Shown piece by piece: positions 1-9,566 of a DNA stretch of 18,059 nucleotides (position 1 is its first letter; every line of letters starts with the position of its first letter). The stretch is from Octopus sinensis. Lineage: Eukaryota. A program made the position numbers and the translations under genes. The notes under the pieces were generated by a model, which had not been told where the DNA came from, ran no database searches, and saw only the letters and a program-made list of their open reading frames with translations. The stretch is from NCBI RefSeq assembly GCF_006345805.1, contig NW_021824602.1, positions 1-18,059 on the forward strand, written 5' to 3'.

Positions 1-176
1 ACGCAAGTATGTTTGTATATTTGCGAAGTTTTTTTTCCGATAAGATGTTTTTAGGAAAAGATTGAAGTTTTGTTCGCTAACTTTTATTTCAATGACTATT
101 TACAGCCTGCTACGAAATATATAAAGGAATTTTGCCGATATGGGGGATTATATGAAGCTTAGTAACATCCCAATAG

Positions 177-178
<2 letters not shown>

Positions 179-218
<40 letters not shown>

Positions 219-226
219 ATACACAT
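179..226. repeat. (CA)n microsatellite with degenerate CATA tail
   Basis: Direct reading: pure AC run 179-212, then ACATAC units. Confidence 0.95.
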
Positions 227-420
227 AGACATGTGTACGTGCATAGATGTGTTGTGTTCTTTTCTGCCTTTAAATACACGAAGTCTTGTAAGAAAGGCGC
301 TGGTTTCTAACAAAGATACAAAGCTCCATGTTTGGAATGTAGATAAAGAAAGGAACAAATTGACAATTTTACTACTTAACAAAAGTCTTGCATATTTTTA
401 CTGTTCCACTTATAGTTTGT

Positions 421-660
421 GGGGGCGCGTGGCTTAGTGGTCAGAGGATGTTTTGGATTTATGGTCGTAAGATTGTAGTTTCGACTCCTGAACCGGGCGA
501 CGCGTTATGTTCTTGACTAAAACACTACATTTCACGTTGCTACAGTCTACCCAGCGAAGTAATCCTGCGACAGGCCGTCGTCCCATCGACTTGGGGAATG
601 TATACGCCATGAAATCGGGAAACCAGCCCTTTTAAGTCGGTATGGCTCAAGAAGGTAACT
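421..660 (+). mobile_element. tRNA-derived SINE, working family A (CORE-like central domain), tail type 1
   Basis: A-box TGGCTTAGTGG at 430-440 and B-box GTTTCGACTCC at 478-488. Central TGTTCTTGA..AAAACACTACATTTCACGTTGCTACAGTC matches the reverse complement of 6760-6797 and 7227-7262. Confidence 0.85.
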
Positions 661-944
661 TAAAAACTTAGACTAACAGATTGTATTTGTAAAATAAGAG
701 TTAACCGGTTGATTTCTTCCTTTCCTTTACTTTGTGCATAACTATACATTTATGCATGCATATATGCATATACTGGGTTCAAGCTGAGTCCACATGAAAC
801 ACATCTGTTTACGTTACTCAAATACATGTATATAGAGATTTTATTTTGAATGAGATCTATATAGCATTTGGTAATGTGATTCGTATTGTTATGAAACATG
901 TGTAACATGAAATTAAAAATGTACCAAATTTTTCCAGTCTTCTG

Positions 945-1325
945 TTTTTATATGTATGTATGTCATTGTATATGTATGCATGTATGTCGTATATGTATGT
1001 ATGTATGTCATTTCTTGCCAATTGAGAAAGTGCCGGTTTCTAACCTAGATTCCAGGCATCTTCATTGGAATTTTAACATCAACAATAGGGTATTTTTGTT
1101 TTTATATATGTATGTATGTAGGTATGTATGTATGTATGTATGTATGTATGTATGTATGTATATATGTATGTATATATGTATGTATGTATACGTGTAGATT
1201 TGTATGTATGTATGTATGTATGTATGTATGTATATGTGTAGATTTGTATGTTTTGCTTTATGTATGTATTCTGATTCTTATAGTTGCTTATCTAGACAGG
1301 TTCATATATATTTAAATGATATGTA

Positions 1326-1364
<39 letters not shown>

Positions 1365-1370
1365 GTGTAC
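945..1370. repeat. (TATG)n and (TA)n compound microsatellite tracts
   Basis: TATG runs at about 950-1005 and 1105-1265, TA run at about 1321-1365, with short unique spacers. Confidence 0.9.
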
Positions 1371-1437
1371 GTATATCTATTTCTATACATGTTTTGTAAC
1401 ACAGTAAATATGAGAAAATCATACGTTATTGGATATA

Positions 1438-1655
1438 ATGAGCCTAGTGATTGAACCTGTACATAGTTGCAGCTCGAAATGCGTATGTTTATTGAGCGAG
1501 AACACCTAAAAGCTCCACGAGGCTCCGGCAAGGTTTGATAGCGACCCCTGTTGTACTCTTTCGCCACAACTTTCTCTCACTCTCTCTTCCTGTTTCTTGA
1601 GTAACGCCACAGAAACCGGGAAACCGGGCCCATGAGCCTGGCTAGGCTTGAAAAG
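1438..1655 (+). mobile_element. Degenerate SINE, family B body with type-1 tail
   Basis: 1485-1590 (TGTTTATTGAGCGAGAACACCTAAAAGCTCCACGAGGCTCCGGCA...TGTACTCTTTCGCCACAACTTTCTC) aligns with 6980-7070. 1604-1645 (ACGCCACAGAAACCGGGAAACC) aligns with the tail at 604-650. Confidence 0.8.
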
Positions 1656-2218
1656 AGCGACGTTTATCGTATGCTATACTTTGATAACAAAAGTGAACTT
1701 CCAAATTTACCATTTGTTTGATAGGCGACACTATAATCATGTAGATAATACTGATCATTAAATAATTTCTCTTGTTTCCCCTCACAGCATTATTTTTTTT
1801 TCGTCTAATTAACGTTTTAATGTTGTAATTACAGCAACACTAGACAATTGTTTACCAAGCAGATGGCGCCCCCAGGTGATCTTGTCTCTTAATATTTCTA
1901 TTTCTCTATAACACTTATATAAATTCTTATCTATTGTTTGCTAATGAGGTAATAATGCGACAGAATTATGCTCGGTGTTGTCTCCCTTATTATTTGGTGA
2001 AATTATAAGAATAATGTTGTTTATTGTTTCCTCGGAGGATAAATACTTATAATTAAATTTTGATTTTAGCATAAAATACACAAAGCTACTTTTACCAGCC
2101 TACCTATTTATCTATCCATCTTTGTTACTGGTTATTTAATTTTCATTCTATTTATCTGTTTAAGAATCTATGTTCCTGTATAGCTGTCTGCTTTTATGTC
2201 TATCTATCGACCAAACTA

Positions 2219-2598
2219 TAGGGTGATTCAAAAGTCGCCATACATAAGAACAATTTATTTTTATATAAGAAACAGCTTATAAGAACAGTTTCATTTTATA
2301 TTTAACAGGCTCTGTATAGTTACCCTTGTTTTGAATACACATTGCAATACGTTTACCCCGCTCATTGTGGACTCGTAATAAGCACATCCGGTGATACGTG
2401 TGCAAAGGAGTTGGTGATGCGTTCCTTCAAATGATTCATGTCTTTTATCTTATCGCGATACACCATGCCTTTCAAATAATGACCCCAAAGATAGAAATCA
2501 CGAGGGGTCAGATCAGGGGATCTAGGGGATCTTATAAACCTGTTTCTTATTTTTAAAAATCAATTTTTCTTATGTACGGAGACTTTTGAATCACCCTG
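2219..2598 (-). mobile_element. Internally deleted Tc1/mariner (ITm) DNA transposon, 380 bp, ~65 bp TIRs, TA target duplication
   Basis: Left end (T)AGGGTGATTCAAAAGTC..TACATAAGAA..TAAGAAACAG at 2219-2283 is the inverted copy of 2530-2598. TA is present at 2217-2218 and 2599-2600. The interior encodes a transposase C-terminus. Confidence 0.92.
2300..2527 (-). pseudogene. Tc1/mariner transposase C-terminal fragment, one frameshift
   Basis: Manual translation: PRSPDLTPRDFYLWGHYLKGMVYRDKIKDMNHLKERITNSFAHVSPDVL / RVHNERGKRIAMCIQNKGNY. It matches the WPPRSPDLTPxDFFLWG motif around the third catalytic Asp of DD37D/DD41D-type ITm transposases. Confidence 0.88.
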
Positions 2599-2599
2599 T

Positions 2600-3740
2600 A
2601 TTTATCTATCAATCGTATCTATCATATTTCTCCCCCCTCTCTCTCTTTCTCTCCATATGCTGTTCTGTATATTTCTGTCTCCGTCGATAAGTCTCTGTTT
2701 ATATCGCTGTCTCTTTGTCTCTCTCAAAACCGTACTCGCTCACTTTTTCATTTACAAACACACACACACACACACACACCACACTCAGTCACTCATTCCT
2801 ACACACACCTACTCGTAAGTATACGCACTCATTCTTTCATTCACTCATTCATTCACTCATTCATTCACTCAATTTATCATCCAGGGACTCTAATACTTAC
2901 TACTTCACTATATCTACCTGTCTGTCTGTTTGTCGGTCTATATACATATATAGTGAGTTGTCAGATAAATTCGTTCTATATTTTCCATTATTTAATTTTC
3001 TCTCTCTCACTCTCTCTCCTTTCTCACCCACACCCACACACACACACTCTCTCTCTCTCTTACTCAGTCTTTCACTCTCTCTATCTATCTATGTATCTAT
3101 CTATCATCTTTCTTACTCGCTATATATTAACGTACCTATCAATCTATTTCTTTATCTGTCGTCTACCTGTCTATTTATCTATTTATCTATCACTGACCAT
3201 CACTCTCTCTCAAATTGTCTCTCTATCTATCTATGTCTCTCTTTCTGTCTCTCGAACTATGTATATCTCTCTCTCTGTCTCTCTAACTATCTTTCTCTCT
3301 TTTTCCTCCCCATCTCTCTCTCCCACTCTCTCTCTCTCTCACTCTGTCCTATCAATCTATATCTTTATCTGTGTTTCTATCTCTCCGTTTTTGTTTGTCA
3401 ATCTCCTCCCTATAAATGTGTGAGTGCATATATATATATATGTATATATGTATATATATATACATATATATATGTGTTTGTGTATATATATATGTGTGTG
3501 TGTATGTATGTGCATGTGTGTGTGTATATATATATATGTGTGTGTGTGTGTGTTTATGTGTTTGTATGTGAATGTATAATTTTATGTATGTATGTATATA
3601 TGTATATGCACGTATATATGTGTGTATATATATATATATATAAGCAGCCGCCCGCACGTACACACACACACACGCACGCACACATACACGCACGCACAGA
3701 CACATGCACACACACGCACACACACACACGCATGCGCACA
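2600..3740. repeat. Compound low-complexity block: (CT)n/(TCTA)n/(CATT)n, then (TA)n/(TG)n/(CA)n
   Basis: Direct reading. It explains the long His/Thr/Ser/Leu ORFs 2715-3758 and overlaps. Confidence 0.9.
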
Positions 3741-4207
3741 CTGCTTTTAGCTATTTAATATTTCCTGCATTAAATATGTTATTAACAAAACTATTGTCTT
3801 TTTCTTCCTCAGCGTCTTTTTCCTTTTTTTCTTCTCTCCATAACCATGGCGTCTTTCACATTCTTAAATACAATGCTATCTTAATAATCCATTCTGGGAA
3901 TCGAGATAAAGAAATTTTGCAAAAAGATATTGCGCAAGTTGGTTACAGTTCTTGATATTCATTTGAAAGAAAGTTTTGCTCAAGAAATTCTTTGAAAAAT
4001 GCTAAAGAACTCTCTTTCAGTCAAAGAATTTGCCAAAAGCTACAAGGTTAATAAACTGGATTGCATTTGAATGTGAGGAAAGGTGAGGTGCTGTAGTTTA
4101 TAGAATGTCATATGATATTCAACTGTATTGCGTAATAAAAACGTCTCGGTTTGACAGAAAAAATAACGAACGATTTTGACCAAAAGCATTTAAGAAACAC
4201 CTTCCTC

Positions 4208-4251
4208 CATTATTATTATCATCAGCAGCCGCAGTATTATTGTTGTTGTTG

Positions 4252-4284
<33 letters not shown>
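4208..4284. repeat. (TAT)n/(TGT)n trinucleotide microsatellite
   Basis: Direct reading; lies immediately 5' of the family D SINE. Confidence 0.85.
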
Positions 4285-4285
4285 G

Positions 4286-5061
4286 GGCGGCGAGCTGCCA
4301 GGAACGTTAGTTAGCACGCCGGGCGAAATGCTTAGCGGTATTTTTTCGTCTGCCACTACGTTCTGAGTTCAAATTCCGCCGATGTCGACTTTGCTTTTCA
4401 TCCTTTCGGGGTCGATAAATTAAGTACCAATTACGCACTGGGGTCGATATAATCGACTTAATCCCTTTCTCTGTCCTTGTTTGTCTCCTCTGTGTGTAGC
4501 CCTTTGTGGGCAGTAAAGAAATAGAAATAGGTATTTTGTCTGTCTTTACGTTCTGAGTTCAAATTCCGCCGAGGCCGACTCTGCCTTTCATCCTTCCGGG
4601 GTCGATAAATTAAGTACCAGTTACGCACTGGGGTCGATGTAATCCACTTAATCCGTTTGTCTGTCCTTATTTGTCCCCTCTGTGTTTAGCCCCTTGTGGG
4701 TAGTAAAGAAATGGTTTTTTATTTCGTCTACCGCTAGGTTCTGAGTTCAAATTCCGCCGAGGTCGACTTTTGGCTTTCATCCTTTCGGAGTCGATTAAAA
4801 AAGTACCAGTTACCCACTGAGGTCGATGCAATCGACTTAATCCGTTTGTCTGTCCTTGTTTGTCCCCTCTGTATTTAGCCCCTAGTGGGTAGTAAAGAAA
4901 TAGGTATTTCGTCTGCCGCTACGATCTGAGTTCAAATTCCACCGAGGCCGACTCTGCCTTTTATGCATTTGGGGTCGATGAAATAAGTACAGTTACGCAC
5001 TGGGGTGATGTAATCGACTTAATCCCCTCCCCCAAACTGCCCTTGTGGCAAAAATATTAGA
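4286..5061 (+). mobile_element. tRNA-derived SINE, family D, with four tandem ~185-190 bp internal units
   Basis: Head GGCGGCGAGCTG..GTTAGCACGCCGGGCGAAATGCTTAGC. B-box GAGTTCAAATTCC at 4365, 4555, 4743 and 4928. Each unit has the CTTT(C/T)AT..T..GG(G/A)GTCGAT..A..AAGTAC central motif. The last unit ends in the normal tail CCCTTGTGGCAAAAATATTAGA. Confidence 0.9.
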
Positions 5062-5112
5062 TTCTTCTTCTTCTTCCTCTTCTCCTTCTTCTTCTTACTA
5101 TTATTATTATTA

Positions 5113-5155
<43 letters not shown>
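5062..5155. repeat. (TTC)n then (TAT)n microsatellite between the SINE tail and the LINE tail
   Basis: Direct reading. Confidence 0.95.
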
Positions 5156-5157
<2 letters not shown>

Positions 5158-6175
5158 TTATTTACTTTTAATCTGCATGTTTGTTACAATCACTTGCGAG
5201 ACAAACCCAGCGTCCTGGAGCGAGTGAAGGATTCGAGATGTTACAGGATGAGTGAAAGCTTGGAGAGGGGAAGTGGCAGGGACAGTAGCGAAATATTTCC
5301 ATGTAATACAACACATACACTTAAATGGATAGCGTTTTTGTAAGGATGTGGACAGTAATTGGATTTCTCTGAGACGTGGTACTCCTGGGATGTTATCTCA
5401 ATTTTTCTGACATCCCTTTCTTATCATACCTAGGCAACTACAATGACAGGAACAGTTCTCGGTTTAAGATGCCACATCTTTTGTATTTCAATTTCTCGAT
5501 CCTTATGTTTACTTAAGTTGTCAAATTCTCCTGTATCAAGTTGCTGCTTTCCTATATCAAGTTCTTCCACCTCCACGTAGTTTTCTATCGATATCAATCA
5601 ATCCACTCTCTCCTTCCTTCCATGTTTAGGTATAACCTATCAGCACTGTCCCTTGGATATAATGACCTATACATAGATTCCGTCTTTCTGGTTTTAAAGT
5701 CTATGCCTTTTAGCTCATCTTTAATCCAGTTCCGGAGGGCAGGAGAATATCGTAGAGACACCGGCCATGTGTTTATTGTACAGATGCTTTTAGCACGATT
5801 CAGTTTTCAGCTTAGCACATTTTCTACTCTCCTAAAATATTCATTACTCGCCTTCTCCTTCATTTCCCTTCAGAGAATTCTGTTTGTCTCTAAAACTCCA
5901 AGGTACTTGTAACTATCACCTTTACTTATTAATTTGATTGATGTCTCACCTGAGAGTTTAACCCCTTCTGACTTGGATGTTCCCCCCACCTCTTTATTGC
6001 TAGCGCCGCATGTTTATCTATTCCAAACTTAATTCCAATGTCATCACTCACGACTCTAACAGTCTGAATCAACGAAACTAAAACTTTCTCGTTTTTGGCA
6101 AATATATTCAGGTCGTCCATAAACAGGAAGTGGTTTAATTTATCATCACTGTTGAGTTCGTAGCATGATTTATCT
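5098..6175 (-). mobile_element. 5'-truncated, degenerate non-LTR retrotransposon, R4/Dong-like (RLE-type), with 3' UTR and (AAT)n tail
   Basis: Manual translation across frameshifts: KLNHFLFMDDLNIFAKNEKVLVSLIQTVRVVSDDIGIKFGIDK (RT catalytic xMDD), YKYLGVLE, INTWPVSLRYS, DFKTRKT, DRLYL, then KHKDREIEIQKMWHLKPRTVPVIV..GMIRKG..HILTKTLSI*. Stop at 5321-5323, followed by a UTR and a TAA-type repeat. Confidence 0.85.
5321..6175 (-). pseudogene. RT to RLE C-terminal remnant of the LINE ORF, with stops, frameshifts and an internal deletion
   Basis: Includes the listed ORF 5929-6120 (MDDLNIFAKNEK...). The conserved motifs are spread over several frames. Confidence 0.85.
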
Positions 6176-6506
6176 TGGCACCTTGGGCAAGTCTCTTCTA
6201 CTAAAGCCTCGGGCCAACCAAAGCCTTGTGAGTGGATTTGTTAGACTGAAACGGGAATAAATTCGTCACGTGTGTGTGTGTGTGTGTCTGTCTCTGTCTC
6301 TGTCTGTGTCAGTGTTTGTCCCTCACCATTACTTGGTGTTCTTACTTCATCGTAACTTAGCCGTTCGGCAAAAGAACCCGATAAAATAAGTACCAGGTTT
6401 AAAGGGAAAACGTAAGTACTGGGGTCGATTCGCTCGACTAAAAATTCTTCAAGGCGGTTCCCCAGCATGGCCGCAGTTTAACGATTGAAACCAGCTACAG
6501 ATAAAG
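6176..6506 (+). mobile_element. 5'-truncated SINE, family C (diverged subfamily), internal (TG)n
   Basis: Starts at TGGCACCTTGGGCAAGTCTCTTCTACTAAAGCCTCGGGCC and ends CCCAGCATGGCCGCAGTTTAACGATTGAAAC. It is the reverse complement of the copies at 8165, 11423, 12151 and 14424. Confidence 0.88.
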
Positions 6507-6551
6507 GGGAAAAAAACCTTATATAAATACACACTCATATACATGAAAAAA

Positions 6552-6865
6552 CGGAGCGCTCCGTCGGTTACGATGACGAGGGTCCCAACCTATACGATCA
6601 ACTGAACAGCTTGCTCGTGAAATTAACGTGTTAGTGACTGAGCACTCCACAGACACGTGTACCCTTAACGTAGATCTCAGGGGGTTTCAGCGTGACACAA
6701 AGTGTGACAAGGCCGGCCCTTTGAAATACAGGTACTACTCATTTTTGCCAGCTGAGTGGACTGGAGCAACGTGAAATAAAGTGTCTTGCTCAAGGACGCC
6801 GGGAATTGAACTCACGACTTTACAATTGTGAGCCGAATGCCCTAACCACTAAGCCACGCGCCTTC
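6552..6865 (-). mobile_element. Near full-length SINE, family A, tail type 2
   Basis: On the minus strand: A-box TGGCTTAGTGG (6846-6856), B-box GAGTTCAATTCCC (6801-6813), core GTCCTTGAGCAAGACACTTTATTTCACGTTGCTCCAGTCCACTCAGC, and a tail unlike that of the 421 copy. Confidence 0.88.
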
Positions 6866-6896
6866 GCAGATTGCGGCTATATATATTTATATATGG

Positions 6897-7210
6897 TGGA
6901 GGCGCAATGGCCCAGTGGTTAGGGCAGCGGACTCGCGGTCGTAGGATCGTGGTTTCGATTCCCAGACCGAGTGTTGTGAATGTTTATTGAGTAAAAACAC
7001 CTAAAAGCTCCATGCGGCTCCGGCAGGGGGGGGGCGATCCCTGCTGTACTCTTTCGCCACAACTTTCTCAAACTCTTTCTTCTGTTGGCCTGCTCACTTG
7101 GCCAGCGGGGTGGCGTCATTTGAAGGCTAAAACAATGCGAGGCGCATTGTGATCAGCAATGTGTAGCAACATCTGATAGCCTGGTCGGTCACGGTGATCA
7201 CGGTGATATT
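6897..7210 (+). mobile_element. Full-length SINE, family B, tail type 3, with a perfect 19 bp target-site duplication
   Basis: A-box TGGCCCAGTGG, B-box GGTTTCGATTCCC, 3' repeat (CACGGTGAT)2. TATATATATTTATATATGG is identical at 6878-6896 and 7211-7229. Confidence 0.92.
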
Positions 7211-7226
7211 TATATATATTTATATA

Positions 7227-7313
7227 TGGAGCAACGTGAAATAAAGTGTCTTGCTCAAGGACACAGCGCATCGCCTGGAATCGAACTCATGACCTTACAA
7301 TCGTGAGTCGAAT
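7227..7313 (-). mobile_element. SINE family A fragment (B-box and core)
   Basis: TGGAGCAACGTGAAATAAAGTGTCTTGCTCAAGGAC...GGAATCGAACTC matches 6763-6813. Confidence 0.85.
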
Positions 7314-7649
7314 ACATACATAAATACATAAATATATGTCTACCTACACATATCTATGTGTGCATATACGCCTGTGTGTGTGTGTGTATGTTTGGCGGGG
7401 TGACGGTTCGAATGTCTAATGAAATTATTCCTCATCCCAGCACAAACAAATACGAAGTTCATTGTATTAGTTATACATTAGGGACCGTCCATCTATTTCG
7501 ATATGTTTATTGATTCAGCAGACATCAAATATGTTAAAATTTCCATGAAACATTGAGTATTTCTCTACTTCCTCACTAATATTCCTCCTGGACCGACTTT
7601 AATTATATTATTTCTCTTTTAATTATTTACATTCCTTCTTTCTTTGTTG

Positions 7650-7879
7650 TGTTTTCATTGATTGATTTGTTAACGTCTGCTTTTGTTTTCACTTTACTTC
7701 TCCGTCGTTCTTTTTCCTTCATATACTTTCTCGTTTCTCTTCCTATTCTTCTTCTTGCCTTCTATTCTCTTCTCCTTCTTCTCATTTCTCTTCTTGCTTT
7801 TCTTCTATTTTCTTCTCCTTCTCTTCTTTCCTTCTGCTTCTGTTCTATTCTTCTTCTTCTTCTCCTTCTTCTTTTTCTT

Positions 7880-7910
<31 letters not shown>

Positions 7911-8105
7911 TTATTATTATTATTATTATATTCTCATTCTTATTCTTATTATTCTTATTATTATTATCCTCCCTCTTCTTCTTCTACTTCTCCTTCTCCT
8001 TCTCTTTCTTCATCATCATCATCATCATCTACTACAATTACTATTAATTCCTCATCTTCTTACTCCTACTCCCCCTCATCTTTTTTTCCTCCTTTTTCTT
8101 TTCTT
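7650..8105. repeat. Trinucleotide low-complexity tract: (TTC)n, (TTA)n, (TCA)n
   Basis: Direct reading. It explains the poly-Leu/Phe/Ser ORFs at 7649 and 7683. Confidence 0.92.
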
Positions 8106-8164
8106 TAATATAATAAGTTTACGATCTCGACTTCTGTTTCTATAGCCATTCTTTTATTGCTTTA

Positions 8165-8454
8165 TTCTTTTACTTGTTTCAGTCATTTGACTGCGGCCAT
8201 GCTGTAGCACTACCTTTTAGTCGAGCAAATTGATCCCAGGACTTATTCTTTGGAAGCCTAGTACTTATTCTATCGGTCTCTTTTTGCCGAACCGCTAAGT
8301 TACAGAGACGTAAACGCACCAGCATTGGTTGTCAGGCGATGTTGGAAGGACAAACACAGACACAAACACACGCACATACATACATACATACATACATACA
8401 TACATACATACATACATACATACATACATACATACATACATGCATGCATGCATG

Positions 8455-8488
<34 letters not shown>

Positions 8489-8631
8489 TATACGACGGGA
8501 TTCTTTCAGTTTCCGTCTATCAAATCCACTCACAATGGTTTGGTTGGACCGAGGCTATAGTACAAGACACTTGCCCAAGGTGCAACACAGTGGGACTGGA
8601 CCCGGAACCATGTGGTTGGTAAGCAAGCTAC
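8165..8631 (-). mobile_element. SINE family C lacking its own A-box, internal (ATAC)n
   Basis: Begins TCTTTTACTTGTTTCAGTCATTTGACTGCGGCCATGC and ends GGGACTGGACCCGGAACCATGTGGTTGGTAAGCAAGCTAC. Colinear with 11423-11877. Confidence 0.92.
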
Positions 8632-8686
8632 GAAATACCGCTAAGCATTTCGCTCGGCATGATGACGATTCTGCCAGCTCGCCCCC
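8630..8686 (-). mobile_element. 5' head of SINE family D fused to the family C copy
   Basis: Reverse complement GGCGAGCTGGCAGAATCGTCATCATGCCGAGCGAAATGCTTAGCGGTATTTC matches 4289-4345. Confidence 0.88.
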
Positions 8687-9266
8687 TTGTATGTAGGGGA
8701 AAACTAAGATAAACATTAGCACAAATATTTAGTTCCTACGTACGTTTCACCATCACAGTTATTTGTAGCTCAACATTGAATGCCTAACCGCAATGGATCA
8801 TCAGGGAAAACTTTATTGCATTCTGTTACAAAGCTCTAACATATTCCCTACATACAACCTATATACCATAACTAGTAACACTGCTAAATACAGTGGTCAA
8901 CTAACGAATCAACTAGCAAACTATGCTGGAAGCTGACTGCGTAAATATAATCTAGACATAGGTGTGTGACTGCAACTGTAGTCATACATCTATGTGCCTA
9001 TATAAAACAAGTGCATACATATTATTTGTACAAAAGATACGCATACATACACAGGCATGGACATATGTATATATGTAGATACGCACATGTGTGTGTGTTT
9101 GGGTGTGTTTGGGTGTGTGCGGTAATACAGTATTTTCGTCATTTCATCATTACTAGTGTTGAAATATGTGACAAGCTGTCATCTAAGAGCTGTGGGGGTG
9201 GGGGTGGAAAGAGAAATCTCGGTGCTGCGTGTTATAGTTCATTCCCACATTCTAATTCTTTGGGGA

Positions 9267-9273
9267 TATATAT

Positions 9274-9305
<32 letters not shown>

Positions 9306-9362
9306 ATATATATACATGTATACGTATATATATATATATATATAGATAGATAGATAATATAT

Positions 9363-9394
<32 letters not shown>

Positions 9395-9508
9395 CTAGAT
9401 AGATATACGTATATATAGATATATATGTACATATATATATATATTATATATATATATATACATGTATACGTATATATATATATATAGATAGATAGATAAT
9501 AGATAGAT

Positions 9509-9548
<40 letters not shown>

Positions 9549-9566
9549 TACGATATATAGAATATA

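Noticed and set aside
421-500. tRNA-like sequences here and at 6790-6865, 6897-6965 and 11800-11877
   Set aside because: A and B boxes are present, but there is no closing acceptor stem and the sequence continues into repeat bodies. These are SINE heads, not tRNA genes.
1021-1095. Short unique island between TATG tracts that may be a fragment of another dispersed repeat
   Set aside because: There is no second copy or terminal feature in the window to support a call.
2715-3758. 347 aa ORF and the many other His/Thr/Tyr/Ile/Cys/Val-rich ORFs across the window
   Set aside because: They are translations of stop-poor microsatellites, with no domain signal.
4337-5030. CRISPR-like or satellite-like regular repeats
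   Set aside because: The units are ~188 bp and homologous along their length, with no unique spacers. The context is eukaryotic with no cas genes.
6170-6185. Back-to-back junction of the 5'-truncated LINE and the 5'-truncated SINE as a composite element
   Set aside because: The two are in opposite orientations with no shared TSD; independent truncation or a later deletion is simpler.
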